Source: Bacillota bacterium (GTDB lineage Bacteria; Armatimonadota; HRBIN16). Taken from it: DNA of 64,000 nucleotides. This document shows, in pieces, positions 27,036 to 36,352 of the stretch; positions within the stretch are counted from its first letter, which is position 1, and every line of letters starts with the position of its first letter. Below the pieces are notes generated by a model, which searched no databases, was not told the origin of the DNA, and saw only the letters and a list, made by a program, of their open reading frames with translations. The position numbers and the translations under genes are program-made. The stretch is from NCBI GenBank assembly GCA_023511455.1, contig JAIMBJ010000003.1:185093-249092 (forward strand), written 5' to 3'.

Positions 27036-28210
27036 TGCCACATCGCCTCGCTTAACGGCACAATCTGTGCGCCGGGGTAGTAGGCTTGACAAATCTCCTC
27101 CGCTTTCTGTCCTGATTGGGCTCTCCCCGCCGCCCCCCACTGGCACAACCCATAGCCATGTCCTGAGCCACTGCCTTCGAAAACGATGGTGTTACCCTTG
27201 TCGATCCGCACGCTGAACAGGGTAGACGGCAGCAATAACCGACTGCGCAGTCGGGTGCCGCTAACATCCCGCGTTTGCTCGCCGCAGCGAATGCGCAGCG
27301 TGACCACCCGTCCGCTTGCGTCGGTTTGCGCGATTTGCACGTCTGCTTCACTGTTCGGCATGTCCTGCAAAGAATCCTTCTCACCCGCCGCCTGCCATAC
27401 CTCCAGAAAGGTAAAAATTAGCGACCAGTAGTGCCCCGGATTGGCAAGACAGTAGTCTCTGCCCGAACTGTCGCGGTCGGGCGGGGGAGTACTGACACCG
27501 TTGGCGGGGGCAGGCTGTCCGCCACAGTCGGCAGTGTAAACACCGTCTACTGAAGACCCGTCCTTGACCAGGATAAGACCCGCGCTATTCTGCACCGCCA
27601 GCGTCGTGCTTTCTTTCTCGGCGGTAACGCCTCCGTAGACCTGACAGTGTGTGCTATCGCACACGTCTGCCCCGTCCGCTTCGTGCTTGTGACGGTTGCG
27701 TACGGTCCAGCTGCGTGCGGCAATAGCCTGCGCTTTTAACGCCTCTGACGGAAAGCTGGAAGGCATTTCCAGTGGAACAACGCCCAGCAGGTAATCCTCC
27801 AGTGGCAGTGTATTCACCACCTGCAGTTTGCCTTTACGTACGCGCAGAGTCAGTTTGCCCCGGTAGCTGCTTCCGGATTTGTCCTGTGCTCTGGAAAGGC
27901 TCAACGGCGCGTCACCTTCTATAGTCCACTCCTCCGCCTGCAGGCTTTTGTCCCTTAAGCGCAGGGTCACCAGTGTCGCGTCGCATTCTACTCTGACCGT
28001 TTCTCCTGCAGCCATGCGATGCGGTGCTCCTGCGCCGGTGATGCGCCATTCTGATTGGCTGGTGATGTACAGGGGGGTGCTTTGCCAGCGTGTCAGCCAC
28101 ACGCGCACCGGGGGATTGAAGGGTTGCTGCGCCTGCAACGCCGGGCAAAGGAGAAAAAAGAGTAAGTAAAGCGTTGACAGGAGGAACCACTTGCAGTAAG
28201 GGTGTTTCAT
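26999..28210 (-). CDS. SpoIID/LytB domain protein (secreted)
   Basis: Signal peptide MKHPYCKWFLLSTLYLLFFLLCPALQA. SpoIID hallmark ALKAQAIAARSW and CDSTHCQVYGG. There is an ATGA overlap with the upstream acetyltransferase gene. Confidence 0.75.
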   Translation of the reverse strand: MKHPYCKWFLLSTLYLLFFLLCPALQAQQPFNPPVRVWLTRWQSTPLYITSQSEWRITGAGAPHRMAAGETVRVECDATLVTLRLRDKSLQAEEWTIEGDAPLSLSRAQDKSGSSYRGKLTLRVRKGKLQVVNTLPLEDYLLGVVPLEMPSSFPSEALKAQAIAARSWTVRNRHKHEADGADVCDSTHCQVYGGVTAEKESTTLAVQNSAGLILVKDGSSVDGVYTADCGGQPAPANGVSTPPPDRDSSGRDYCLANPGHYWSLIFTFLEVWQAAGEKDSLQDMPNSEADVQIAQTDASGRVVTLRIRCGEQTRDVSGTRLRSRLLLPSTLFSVRIDKGNTIVFEGSGSGHGYGLCQWGAAGRAQSGQKAEEICQAYYPGAQIVPLSEAMWQWRKARKPNSAR

Positions 28211-29010
28211 CGTTGCCAGCTCCGTGAGAACCGTTCGCGTGCCCTGTCGGTAAGCAGCCACAGCGGGTCCTTTTGCAGGACAGGCAGTAACACCTCCCGC
28301 ATCGCTCTCGCGTCAATCAACCGGCACAAAGCGTTACCCACCATTTCCTCCCGCATCGCGCCAGCCTCACGCAGTGGTTCATCCACCTTCGTGAAGTCGC
28401 GTTCCCAGCCCCACAGGTGCAGGCGGTTGCGCACCGCGATTTCGCGACCCTCCGCGTCTATGACAATGCCGTCCGTCCATTCGTCCTGCAGGTGGTATGG
28501 CACCTCTGCCAGCTCTTCCAGCGCGTGCAGGCTGGTATTGCTTTGCTGAGTGCAACCCAGTAAAAGGATGTACCCGCCGCTGTCCATCAGCTTCACATAC
28601 GGGCTGCCCTCGCCGCAGGGGGTCTGGCAATGTTCGTGTCCTTGCGTATAAAAGTCGGCACGTGCGCCCAGTGCGGTTACGGAGTGGGTGGGATGCAGAC
28701 TGCGCCGGACGCCCTCGCGACGGCGGAAAGCTTCGGGGATGATTCCAATCCATTTGGGGCAGGGGGTGCGGCGCACGTCCATACGCGGCGGGTTCTGGGG
28801 GGAATCCTGTGGTGAGCCGTTGAGTGCTGGCATCAGTATCGTGCCAGCGGGTGATACCGCCGCAAGCAGAGCATCGATGACGGTGTCCGCACCGCCTTCC
28901 ACCCAGCCGATGCTGCTAAGCGAGGAGTGAACGAGCACATCCATCCCGCGCGGCAGGCCGAGACGGCGCAGCTCCTGCGTGAGGGTCTCTTTGTCGATGC
29001 CTATTTGCAT
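28207..29010 (-). CDS. Aminoglycoside N3-acetyltransferase (AAC(3)) family protein
   Basis: VLVHSSLSSIGWVEGGADTVIDALL is the AAC(3) signature. The start is set at MQIGIDK, about 22 aa before VHSSL, as in characterised AAC(3) enzymes. Confidence 0.7.
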   Translation of the reverse strand: MQIGIDKETLTQELRRLGLPRGMDVLVHSSLSSIGWVEGGADTVIDALLAAVSPAGTILMPALNGSPQDSPQNPPRMDVRRTPCPKWIGIIPEAFRRREGVRRSLHPTHSVTALGARADFYTQGHEHCQTPCGEGSPYVKLMDSGGYILLLGCTQQSNTSLHALEELAEVPYHLQDEWTDGIVIDAEGREIAVRNRLHLWGWERDFTKVDEPLREAGAMREEMVGNALCRLIDARAMREVLLPVLQKDPLWLLTDRARERFSRSWQR

Positions 29011-29113
29011 CCGATACTCCTTGTATGCGTCTTGCAGCTCACCGACTGCAACTTCGACGTTGGGTAGGGCTGAGCCTGCAAAGGTTTTGTCAGAAGCATG
29101 CCGAAGCAGTGGC

Positions 29114-30103
29114 TCAGGCGATAGCATGGCTCATCGGCTCGCGATTCCCGCTTTCCTGCCCCTCAACTAATGGACGGTGCTCCGGCTGTTGAATTATCGT
29201 CCGACCATCTTCCAGCCGCAGCCAGGTTCGGAAGTCGCGCACGCCTTCTTGCAGTTCAATGACTCTGGCACCGCACGGGAACCCCTCTTTGCCATAACCG
29301 CCGTAGCCGCTGCATCTGCCGTAGCAAAGGCGGATGCCGTACAGTGTGCCCCAGAAGTCGTTGATATGGTCATGCCCGACGAACGTACCAATGACCTCAC
29401 CCACCTCATGCAGTGCAGCAAAGAACCCCGTGTTGATTTTGGGGGCGCAGACGTCCTCGTGTTTCTGTCCGTAGCAGACCTGCGTGCGCCATACCTCATC
29501 ATATTCGGGCAGCGGAATGTGAAAGAAGGCAAGCGCAGGAACACGCAATCGCTCCTCGTCGGTGATGCTCCATCGCCTGCGCACCTGCCGGGCAGTGCGT
29601 TCGTACCATGCAATCTGGTCACGGGTAATCCAGCCCCACCCGCCGATGTCGGTGGTGGCGTAACTGCTGGAATCGATGCCCCACAGGAACGCGGCAGGAC
29701 GCTCGCCTTTGCGGTTCATCACGGGCAGGACGTAATTGCCAACGCCTGTGATGTTTCGCGGACCGCGTTTGCCCACAAAGTGGGCACAGCTCTCCATCAC
29801 CCGCCAGAGTTCTTCGCGGCGCAGAGTGCTTTCGTCGTCGTGGTTGCCCATCACTGCTGTCCACGATAACCCCCTCTCCTCGATGGGGTGTACCAGTTGT
29901 CGCATTCCTCTATCGGCATCTTTGCAATCGGCTCCACCCAGCATGTCACCCGTCAGGAATACCAGGTCGGGTTGTTCGCTGTCCAGCACCGTTTCCATGA
30001 GCTGGCGTGTGAGGCGATCGCGCTCGTCGAAGTTTGTCCAGTGAGTATCGGTCAACTGTACGATTTTGAAGGTTTCTGTTCGGAAACGCAACGGCTCGGG
30101 CAT
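29114..30103 (-). CDS. Calcineurin-like metallophosphoesterase
   Basis: LTDTHW…LVFLTGDM…GNHD motifs. A GGAGGAG RBS lies 5 nt before the chosen ATG. Confidence 0.75.
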   Translation of the reverse strand: MPEPLRFRTETFKIVQLTDTHWTNFDERDRLTRQLMETVLDSEQPDLVFLTGDMLGGADCKDADRGMRQLVHPIEERGLSWTAVMGNHDDESTLRREELWRVMESCAHFVGKRGPRNITGVGNYVLPVMNRKGERPAAFLWGIDSSSYATTDIGGWGWITRDQIAWYERTARQVRRRWSITDEERLRVPALAFFHIPLPEYDEVWRTQVCYGQKHEDVCAPKINTGFFAALHEVGEVIGTFVGHDHINDFWGTLYGIRLCYGRCSGYGGYGKEGFPCGARVIELQEGVRDFRTWLRLEDGRTIIQQPEHRPLVEGQESGNREPMSHAIA

Positions 30104-30198
30104 CTTTGCTCCTCCATGTGAACCTGCTTTCCACCACATACGTCTTCCGTCTTCATTTTCCTGCAGGAACCGGACGGTGTGCATGAGAAAGGGATGTC

Positions 30199-30918
30199 AT
30201 GGGCAAGCCTAATTTCTGGCATAAGACCATTCATGTCGCGCTGGTATGGGCGGCAGCGCAGGTGAGTCTCTTCTTTGTGCTTACGCGGCATTCCCCCCGA
30301 GACAACGCGGTGGCGATGATGGCAGGTGGTCTGTTCCTGCTGTGGTGTGTGCTGGGTGGATGGCTGATGTGGCGATATCGGCATCGATTCGCCGCTCTCG
30401 TACAGCGGTGGCGCTGGCGATGGCAGGTGAAATTCGTATTGCTATGCACCCTGTTTGCGCTGGTGGAGGAGGCGGTTACCACCAGCATGACCAACCTCGC
30501 GCCGGTGTTTGGGGTGCGCATTGGTGAAGCGTATATCACCGCTTCCACCAACTATCTGGACGTGGTGCTGGGGCACAGTGTGGTGGTGTTTGTGCCGATG
30601 TTTGTGTGCTGGGCGTGGATGTTGTCGCGCTGGGCGTTCGCGCCGAGGCAGGTCATGGTGCTGTTTGGCTGCACCGGCACGCTGGCGGAGGCGGGTTCTT
30701 TCGGCTGGCACAACCTGCTGGGATGGGGGTTCTGGTTAATGGTGTATGGTCTGATGGTCTATCTGCCCGCGTGTGCGGTGAAGGTGCATAGGGGTAGCCA
30801 GCCTCCGCGCTGGAAGCACTGCGTGATGGCGGTGCTGTTGCCGTTCCTGTTCGCCGCGCCGGTGGCAGGCATCGTGGGCTGGCTGCATCCGGTGAAGGTG
30901 CATTTTGCGGTGCAATAA
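30199..30918 (+). CDS. Polytopic membrane protein (hypothetical)
   Basis: 239 aa with about six hydrophobic helices. Family not recognised. Confidence 0.45.
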   Translation: MGKPNFWHKTIHVALVWAAAQVSLFFVLTRHSPRDNAVAMMAGGLFLLWCVLGGWLMWRYRHRFAALVQRWRWRWQVKFVLLCTLFALVEEAVTTSMTNLAPVFGVRIGEAYITASTNYLDVVLGHSVVVFVPMFVCWAWMLSRWAFAPRQVMVLFGCTGTLAEAGSFGWHNLLGWGFWLMVYGLMVYLPACAVKVHRGSQPPRWKHCVMAVLLPFLFAAPVAGIVGWLHPVKVHFAVQ

Positions 30919-30964
30919 AAGCTAGCTACGCATGGGTAGGTCTCGTGCCTGCCCACAGTGAAAG

Positions 30965-30983
30965 GGCAACCACAAGGGTTGCC
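30965..30983. repeat. Palindromic hairpin motif GGCAACC-acaag-GGTTGCC, copy 2
   Basis: Perfect 7-bp stem with a 5-nt loop, 45 nt after the membrane-protein stop and convergent with tRNA-Leu. It matches 18 of 19 positions of the motif at 4676..4694. Confidence 0.45.
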
Positions 30984-31148
30984 GCTGCGGGGCGTCTTGC
31001 CTGCCACGTGCATCGCATTGCCCTTTGCAGCGGAGAACCCAATGCGCTGGGCATCCGATCGAGAAAATCCCTTTGCCATCGCACCAGGACCGGAGGGCGC
31101 ATGGGAGTTATGACCGAAGCGGACGACGGGGCGGAATCATAAAAAAAC

Positions 31149-31235
31149 TGGTGCCGACGGGGGGACTCGAACCCCCAAGCCCGTTCGGGCACTAGACCCT
31201 GAACCTAGCGTGTTTACCAATTTCACCACGTCGGC
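31149..31235 (-). tRNA. tRNA-Leu (anticodon CAG), long variable arm
   Basis: The minus strand reads GCCGACGTGGTGAAATTGGTAAACACGCTAGGTTCAGGGTCTAGTGCCCGAACGGGCTTGGGGGTTCGAGTCCCCCCGTCGGCACCA. It has a 7-bp acceptor stem, D-arm, anticodon loop TTCAGGG, class-II variable arm, TTCGAGT T-loop and encoded CCA. Confidence 0.85.
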
Positions 31236-31296
31236 AACCATTCTATATATACAGCTTTTGCCCTGCGTTTGTCAAGGGGTGTGGCGCATAGTCCGC

Positions 31297-32322
31297 TTAT
31301 GAATGCGAATGCAATCCTAACCCATCGTGCATATGCTGCTGCACGCGGTGGTATTTTTCTCCAGAGTGGCTGATGGGGTCTACATGGATAGTAACACTGC
31401 GCAGATACGGCAGGTCGTGCTGGAGCTGGTGCCGGACTTCTACCGCAATCGCATGTCCTTCGGCAACCGAGAGGTCAGAACTAACCGCCAGGTTGACTTC
31501 GGCATGTAGTTGGTGTCCTAACCAGCGCGCCCGCACATCTGTTACGTCCTTCACTCCTCGTACGTGTAAAGCCGCGTGCCAGATTTCATCGATCACTTCG
31601 GGGGCGACACCGTCCAGCAAGCGAGTGAAAACGGCTTTACCCGAATCCCACACGATGCGCCCGATGACAGCGGTGATAACCAGTCCAACGATAGGATCGG
31701 CGATGGGGTACCCCAGCCACACCCCTATTGCGCCGAGCAACACCCCTAAGCTGGTTAAGCCGTCGGTTCGGGCATGATATCCATCGGCTACCAGCGCAAC
31801 GCTGTTGATGCGCCTGCCCACCCAAATGCGGTAGATGGCGACGAACTCGTTGCCAACGAAGCCGAGTAGCGAAGCGACCACCACAGCCCAAGGATTCTCG
31901 ATAGGCTTGGGATGTAGAAGGCGGTCAACTGATTGGTAGCCAGCAACAACGCCGCTGAGCAAAATGGTTAGAACGATGATAACACCCGCAACGTCTTCCA
32001 CGCGCCCATAGCCGTAGGAGAAACGACGAGATGGCGGACGCCGCGCTAGGGAAAATGCAACCCACAGAGGAATGGCGGTGGCCGCGTCGCCGAAGTTATG
32101 TATCGTATCGGCAAGCAGGGCGACACTGCCCGACAAGAAAACGACGACCATCTGGAACAAAGCAGTTACTCCCAGTGCAACCAGCGACCACTGCACAGCC
32201 CGGATGCCCTGCGCAGTGGTAAACAGCACGGGGTCTATCGCGCCGTGTGCATGCTGGTGTGTATGCCCGTGCATATGTTCATGCCTGTCGGATTGGCAGT
32301 GCGCGTGCCCTTGATCGGACAT
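31297..32322 (-). CDS. Cation diffusion facilitator (CDF) family metal efflux transporter
   Basis: His-rich N-terminus (HMHGHTHQHAHG), six TM helices, HxxxD metal-site motifs (ADTIHNFGD) and a C-terminal cytoplasmic domain. Confidence 0.85.
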   Translation of the reverse strand: MSDQGHAHCQSDRHEHMHGHTHQHAHGAIDPVLFTTAQGIRAVQWSLVALGVTALFQMVVVFLSGSVALLADTIHNFGDAATAIPLWVAFSLARRPPSRRFSYGYGRVEDVAGVIIVLTILLSGVVAGYQSVDRLLHPKPIENPWAVVVASLLGFVGNEFVAIYRIWVGRRINSVALVADGYHARTDGLTSLGVLLGAIGVWLGYPIADPIVGLVITAVIGRIVWDSGKAVFTRLLDGVAPEVIDEIWHAALHVRGVKDVTDVRARWLGHQLHAEVNLAVSSDLSVAEGHAIAVEVRHQLQHDLPYLRSVTIHVDPISHSGEKYHRVQQHMHDGLGLHSHS

Positions 32323-32406
32323 CGTTCTCCGCCCACAAAGCCGTCAACACTGATAGGAGTATACCATTACCAAATATTGTTTTCAATGGCTAGAACCAGG
32401 CCAGTA

Positions 32407-32428
32407 AAAGGTAACTTAAAGGTAACTT
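32407..32428. repeat. Tandem 11-mer (AAAGGTAACTT x2) in the CDF-transporter upstream region
   Basis: Exact direct repeat about 85-105 nt upstream of the CDF start, abutting the stop of the histidinol-phosphatase gene. The flanking sequence ccattac…ttcaatgg is partially palindromic. Confidence 0.4.
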
Positions 32429-33317
32429 ATTCCAGCGGTACCTCGTGCCGACTCAGGCTGTCCCCTTCGCGCGTGAGCACCGTCAGGGCTCGCACACCCT
32501 GTTCCAACAAGTACGCTCGCGCCTGCTCGAGTCCGAAACCGACCTGTTCCACGCGGTGGCTGTCGTCGCCCAAACAGAAGCCGATGCCCATCTGCTGCGC
32601 CAGCTGCACCAGCCACGGGGCGGGGTAGGGTTCGCTCAGCCCTTTGCGGTAGCCTGCAGTATTTATCTCCACGATGCCGCCTGTAGCGCGCACCGCCTGC
32701 AGAGCCTCTTCCGCCGCCCGTCGCACCGCCTCGGTTTCCTTTAAGCCGAAGTGCCGGCCGTGCAGCTTAATCAGGTCGAGGTGCGCCACCACCTCCGGCT
32801 GCAGGGCAGTAACCATCTCCGCCACCGTCTGATAGTAGCGTACCGCCAGCGGCTCCACACCGCCGCAGGCGTCGATGGCTTTCTGAAAGTCCTCCACGCT
32901 GCCGTCGATGGAGATTTCGTTCACGTAATGCACTGAGCCGACGATGTACTCGAAGGCATAGCGCCGACGGTAGTCCTGCATCAGCGAGACGTAAGAGGCG
33001 GCGGGTACGACCTCGATCTCAAACCCGCGCAGCACGACAAGACGGTCGGCGAACTCTTCCACCAGTGCAGGCAGGGTCTTCGCGTAGCGTTCAAAGTCGG
33101 CGAGCAGTTTGGGCACGTCCCAGCCCAGCGCGATTTCGTTTGGATATAAAAGGCGTTCTTCCACGCGCGGGGCGTGTTCGGTGACGCCGAAGGTATGGTA
33201 GCCTGCGGCGACCGCCGCCTCCAGCATCTCACGGAGGGAGGAGTAGGCATGGTCGCAATACTCGCGGCTGTGCCCTCCGTGCAGCGAAACCTTCCAGCGT
33301 GCTGCGTCTACCGGCAT
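32427..33317 (-). CDS. PHP-family histidinol-phosphatase-like protein
   Basis: SLHGGHSREYCDHAYSSLREM…FGVTEHAP matches the PHP-domain His/Asp metal motifs. The start is set at MPVDAARWK, which abuts the upstream gene. Confidence 0.6.
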   Translation of the reverse strand: MPVDAARWKVSLHGGHSREYCDHAYSSLREMLEAAVAAGYHTFGVTEHAPRVEERLLYPNEIALGWDVPKLLADFERYAKTLPALVEEFADRLVVLRGFEIEVVPAASYVSLMQDYRRRYAFEYIVGSVHYVNEISIDGSVEDFQKAIDACGGVEPLAVRYYQTVAEMVTALQPEVVAHLDLIKLHGRHFGLKETEAVRRAAEEALQAVRATGGIVEINTAGYRKGLSEPYPAPWLVQLAQQMGIGFCLGDDSHRVEQVGFGLEQARAYLLEQGVRALTVLTREGDSLSRHEVPLE

Positions 33318-34177
33318 AGCTCCTGCCACAGCGCACGGTAGTAGCGCATGAAGCGCTCCGTATCCGCCACACTGCTCGTCTCCAGCCCCGGTATCTCGGC
33401 GAGGGTGTATCGGTCGTAGCCGATACCCTGGAGCAGGCTGAACAGCTCGCGCCATGGATAGCTGCTGGTCAGCTCGGTGATGTGACAGGAGCGGATGTAC
33501 TGTTTCAACAGGTCGAAACTCTGCCGTACACTGCGGTCTTTCACATCGGTGGGGTTGGAGTTCCACGTGATGCCCACGCTGGGATGCCCACAGTGTTGCA
33601 TGATACGGGCGATGTTGGGTGGCTCCTGTGTACCCTGACCATGCACCTCCAGCCAGATTTCCACGCCGTTGTCCGCACCAGCCTTACCGCACTCGATGAG
33701 TGCCTTGCCGATTTGCTCCAGCGTTTTCTCCACCGGCACGCCTTCGGGCAGGGCATTCGGACGAACCTTCACCCCTTTCGCACCGACATCCCGTGCCAGT
33801 TCGCAGAAGCGTTTACAGGTCTCAATGTTCTCGCGCACGACGGCGGGGTCTGGAGAGTGGAACTCACACACCGTGCCCAGCCCCCACAGTACGATGCCCG
33901 AATCCTCGAATAGTCGGCGCACCTCTTTGCGCCGGTCGGCATCGATATCGGGTTCCACACCGTGCGCATGGGTGGTACGCAACTCAACGGCGGCGAAACC
34001 GGTGGCTTTGCACCGCGCCAGGATGGTGGGCACGTCCCATGCCCGCGCCAGGTTGTAGGTCACCAGCCCCAGCTTGAAGGCAGGTGGGCGTGGCGCAGGT
34101 TGTGGTGCAGAACCGGAAGCAAACGCGGCGGCTCCAAACATCATCATGCTCCCCTGAATGAATTCGCGTCGATTCAT
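33308..34177 (-). CDS. Tat-secreted sugar phosphate isomerase/epimerase (xylose isomerase-like TIM barrel)
   Basis: Twin-arginine signal MNRREFIQGSMMMFGAAAFASG, then the AP-endonuclease-2/xylose-isomerase-like fold. Confidence 0.65.
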   Translation of the reverse strand: MNRREFIQGSMMMFGAAAFASGSAPQPAPRPPAFKLGLVTYNLARAWDVPTILARCKATGFAAVELRTTHAHGVEPDIDADRRKEVRRLFEDSGIVLWGLGTVCEFHSPDPAVVRENIETCKRFCELARDVGAKGVKVRPNALPEGVPVEKTLEQIGKALIECGKAGADNGVEIWLEVHGQGTQEPPNIARIMQHCGHPSVGITWNSNPTDVKDRSVRQSFDLLKQYIRSCHITELTSSYPWRELFSLLQGIGYDRYTLAEIPGLETSSVADTERFMRYYRALWQELCR

Positions 34178-34265
34178 GGTGGCTTCTCGCAGTGCGTACG
34201 TGTTATGATTCTATGGGGTCTAATTGGCGGGGCTGGAGGTAGACTCCTGCCGGAGGGGGAGCGAG

Positions 34266-34769
34266 ATGGAAGAACATTTTGCCCTCTTTCATGAGGAGCA
34301 ACGGTTCACGCAGTGGTGGGTCTGGCTGATTATACTGGTGGGGATAGCGCCTGCGTGGTACATCTGGTGGAAGCAGCTGCTATTGCGTCGGGTGTCGGGG
34401 TCAGACCCTGTATCTGAGTGGACGGCGTGGATAGTTTGGCTGGGGGCTGGCGTGCTGCTGCCGGTGTTCCTTGCTTCCATGCGGTTGGTGACTCAGGTCA
34501 GGCACGATGGCATATACCTTCGCTTTATTCCCTTCCATTGGCGCTGGGTGAGGATAGAGCCCGAGCGCATCAAGGGGGTACAGGCGCGCACCTATAGCCC
34601 GCTGCTGGAGTATGGCGGCTGGGGCATTCGTTACGGCGCGCGTGGGAAGGCGTATACCATATCAGGCAATCAGGGTGTAGAGCTGGAGTTTGCGAACGGT
34701 AGAACCCTGCTCATCGGCTCGCAACGGGCAGAGGAGCTGGCGGAAGCGATACGCGGCATATTAGCATGA
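34266..34769 (+). CDS. Hypothetical membrane protein (two TM helices, Trp-rich)
   Basis: MEEHFALF start with a GGAGGGGGA RBS. No family recognised. Confidence 0.35.
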   Translation: MEEHFALFHEEQRFTQWWVWLIILVGIAPAWYIWWKQLLLRRVSGSDPVSEWTAWIVWLGAGVLLPVFLASMRLVTQVRHDGIYLRFIPFHWRWVRIEPERIKGVQARTYSPLLEYGGWGIRYGARGKAYTISGNQGVELEFANGRTLLIGSQRAEELAEAIRGILA

Positions 34770-34818
34770 AAGCGCCGGTGGGGTGAACCGGCGCTTCGTT
34801 TTCAGGGATGAGAGCCGC

Positions 34819-35022
34819 TTATAGTGCAATGACGTTTGCGGCTTGTGGACCTTTCGCGCCTTCCACGATTTCAAACTGCACGCGCTGTCCCTCGGTGAGG
34901 GTCTTGTGCCCGCGCATCTGGATCGCCGTGTAGTGCACGAACACGTCCTTGTCGCTGTCATCTGGCTTAATGAAGCCGTAGCCCTTGGCGTCATTAAACC
35001 ATTTCACGGTACCGGTTTGCAT
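34819..35022 (-). CDS. cspA: Cold-shock protein (CspA family)
   Basis: [22 protein letters not shown]…VFVHYTAI carries RNP1/RNP2 motifs. AGGAGGA RBS. Confidence 0.9.
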   Translation of the reverse strand: MQTGTVKWFNDAKGYGFIKPDDSDKDVFVHYTAIQMRGHKTLTEGQRVQFEIVEGAKGPQAANVIAL

Positions 35023-35190
35023 TGCAACTTCCTCCTATCTCGTACCTCGCCCGGTGCTACGCTTTCCCAACCTCAATGGCGCGGGCGCGAACACGGGCAA
35101 AACCTGCGGCTGGTGCCGCATGACTTCCATCCTGTAGTTACTGCAAGAATCGTGCCAGAATCCTGCTTTTTGGGACTTTCTGCGCGAAAA
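35023..35190 (-). promoter_or_regulatory. Long 5' leader of the cold-shock gene
   Basis: About 170 nt non-coding stretch between the pheA stop and the csp start. This is typical of thermoregulated csp mRNAs. No sequence-level motif was verified. Confidence 0.3.
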
Positions 35191-35204
35191 AACCGTACGT
35201 CGTG

Positions 35205-36272
35205 CTACTCCGCCTCCGGATAAGAGCCCAGCACGGTCACATAAAGGCTTCTCTCTCGCAGCGCCGTCAGCGCCTTGGCGACGGGGGCATCCCTGATGTG
35301 TCCCTGAACGTCCACATAGAAGATATACTCGCCCGGCACAAGTTTGGTCGGGCGACTCTCGATCATGGTCATGTTCACGTTGTACATCTCGAACGCCGCC
35401 ATCGCACGGAACAGCGCGCCCGGGCGGTTGTGTACCGAGAACAGTAGCGAGGTTTTATCTTTACCGGTCGGCTCGGGCTCATTGTAGCCGATAATCAGGA
35501 ATCGGGTGCGGTTATGCGGGTTGTCTTCAATGTGTTCGCAGATGATGGGCACGTCATACATCTGCGCCGCAAGGGCGTTGGTGACCGCCGCGGATTCGGG
35601 GTCCTCTTTCGCCATCTCTGCCGCGCGAGCGGTGGTGGAGACTTCGACGATTTCAATGCCGGGTAAGTGCTGGCGCAGCCATTGTTTGCACTGCTCGCGG
35701 GGCTGTGCGCCTGTGTACACCCGCTTCACGTTCTCCAGAGTGGTGAGCGATACCAGATAGTAGGCAATAGGCACGTACAGCTCCGAACAGATTTTCAGGT
35801 TGGTGTGCACGAACTGATCTAAAGTTTCGGGGATGACGCCGGCCGTGGAGTTTTCCACCGGCACCACACCATAGTCCGCGCTCGAACGTTCCACCTCGTG
35901 GAAAACGTCCTGAATGGAGTCTACCGGCACGAACTCGCAGCTGGTGCCGAACTTGGTAACGCCTGCCTGGTGGCTGAAGGTGCCCGGTGGTCCCCAGTAA
36001 GCGATGACCAGAGGCTTCTCCAGAGCGCGCGCCGCGGAGATAATCTCCCGGAAGATGGCGCGCAGTTGCTGGTTGGAAAGCGGTCCCCTGTTGATCTGGC
36101 TCAGGCGACGGTATATCTGCTGTTCCCGTTCGGGCGTGAAGAACTGCGTGCGCGAGCGCATCTTCATCTTGCCAATCTGCTGTGCCAGCTCCGCCCGTCG
36201 GTTCAGCAGCTGCAGGATTTGCTCGTCTATCTGGTCAATCTCTTTACGGAGGTCGTGCAAAGTCACAGACAC
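35205..36272 (-). CDS. pheA: Bifunctional chorismate mutase / prephenate dehydratase (P-protein)
   Basis: N-terminal chorismate-mutase helix (LRKEIDQIDEQILQLLNRRAELAQQIGKMK), PDT domain (IAYWGPPGTFSHQA, TRF) and C-terminal ACT domain. Confidence 0.85.
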   Translation of the reverse strand: MSVTLHDLRKEIDQIDEQILQLLNRRAELAQQIGKMKMRSRTQFFTPEREQQIYRRLSQINRGPLSNQQLRAIFREIISAARALEKPLVIAYWGPPGTFSHQAGVTKFGTSCEFVPVDSIQDVFHEVERSSADYGVVPVENSTAGVIPETLDQFVHTNLKICSELYVPIAYYLVSLTTLENVKRVYTGAQPREQCKQWLRQHLPGIEIVEVSTTARAAEMAKEDPESAAVTNALAAQMYDVPIICEHIEDNPHNRTRFLIIGYNEPEPTGKDKTSLLFSVHNRPGALFRAMAAFEMYNVNMTMIESRPTKLVPGEYIFYVDVQGHIRDAPVAKALTALRERSLYVTVLGSYPEAE

Positions 36273-36352
36273 ATCACCCCTGCGCGGATGTTTTGTTGGG
36301 GCAGATTTCGGTTTAAGGCTGCGCTAATCCTGCCTGAAGGAGGACTGAGCAG

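Noticed and set aside
30945-31142. 65-aa ORF between the membrane-protein gene and tRNA-Leu
   Set aside because: It overlaps the structured hairpin-repeat region, has no RBS and has low-complexity composition. It is more likely non-coding.
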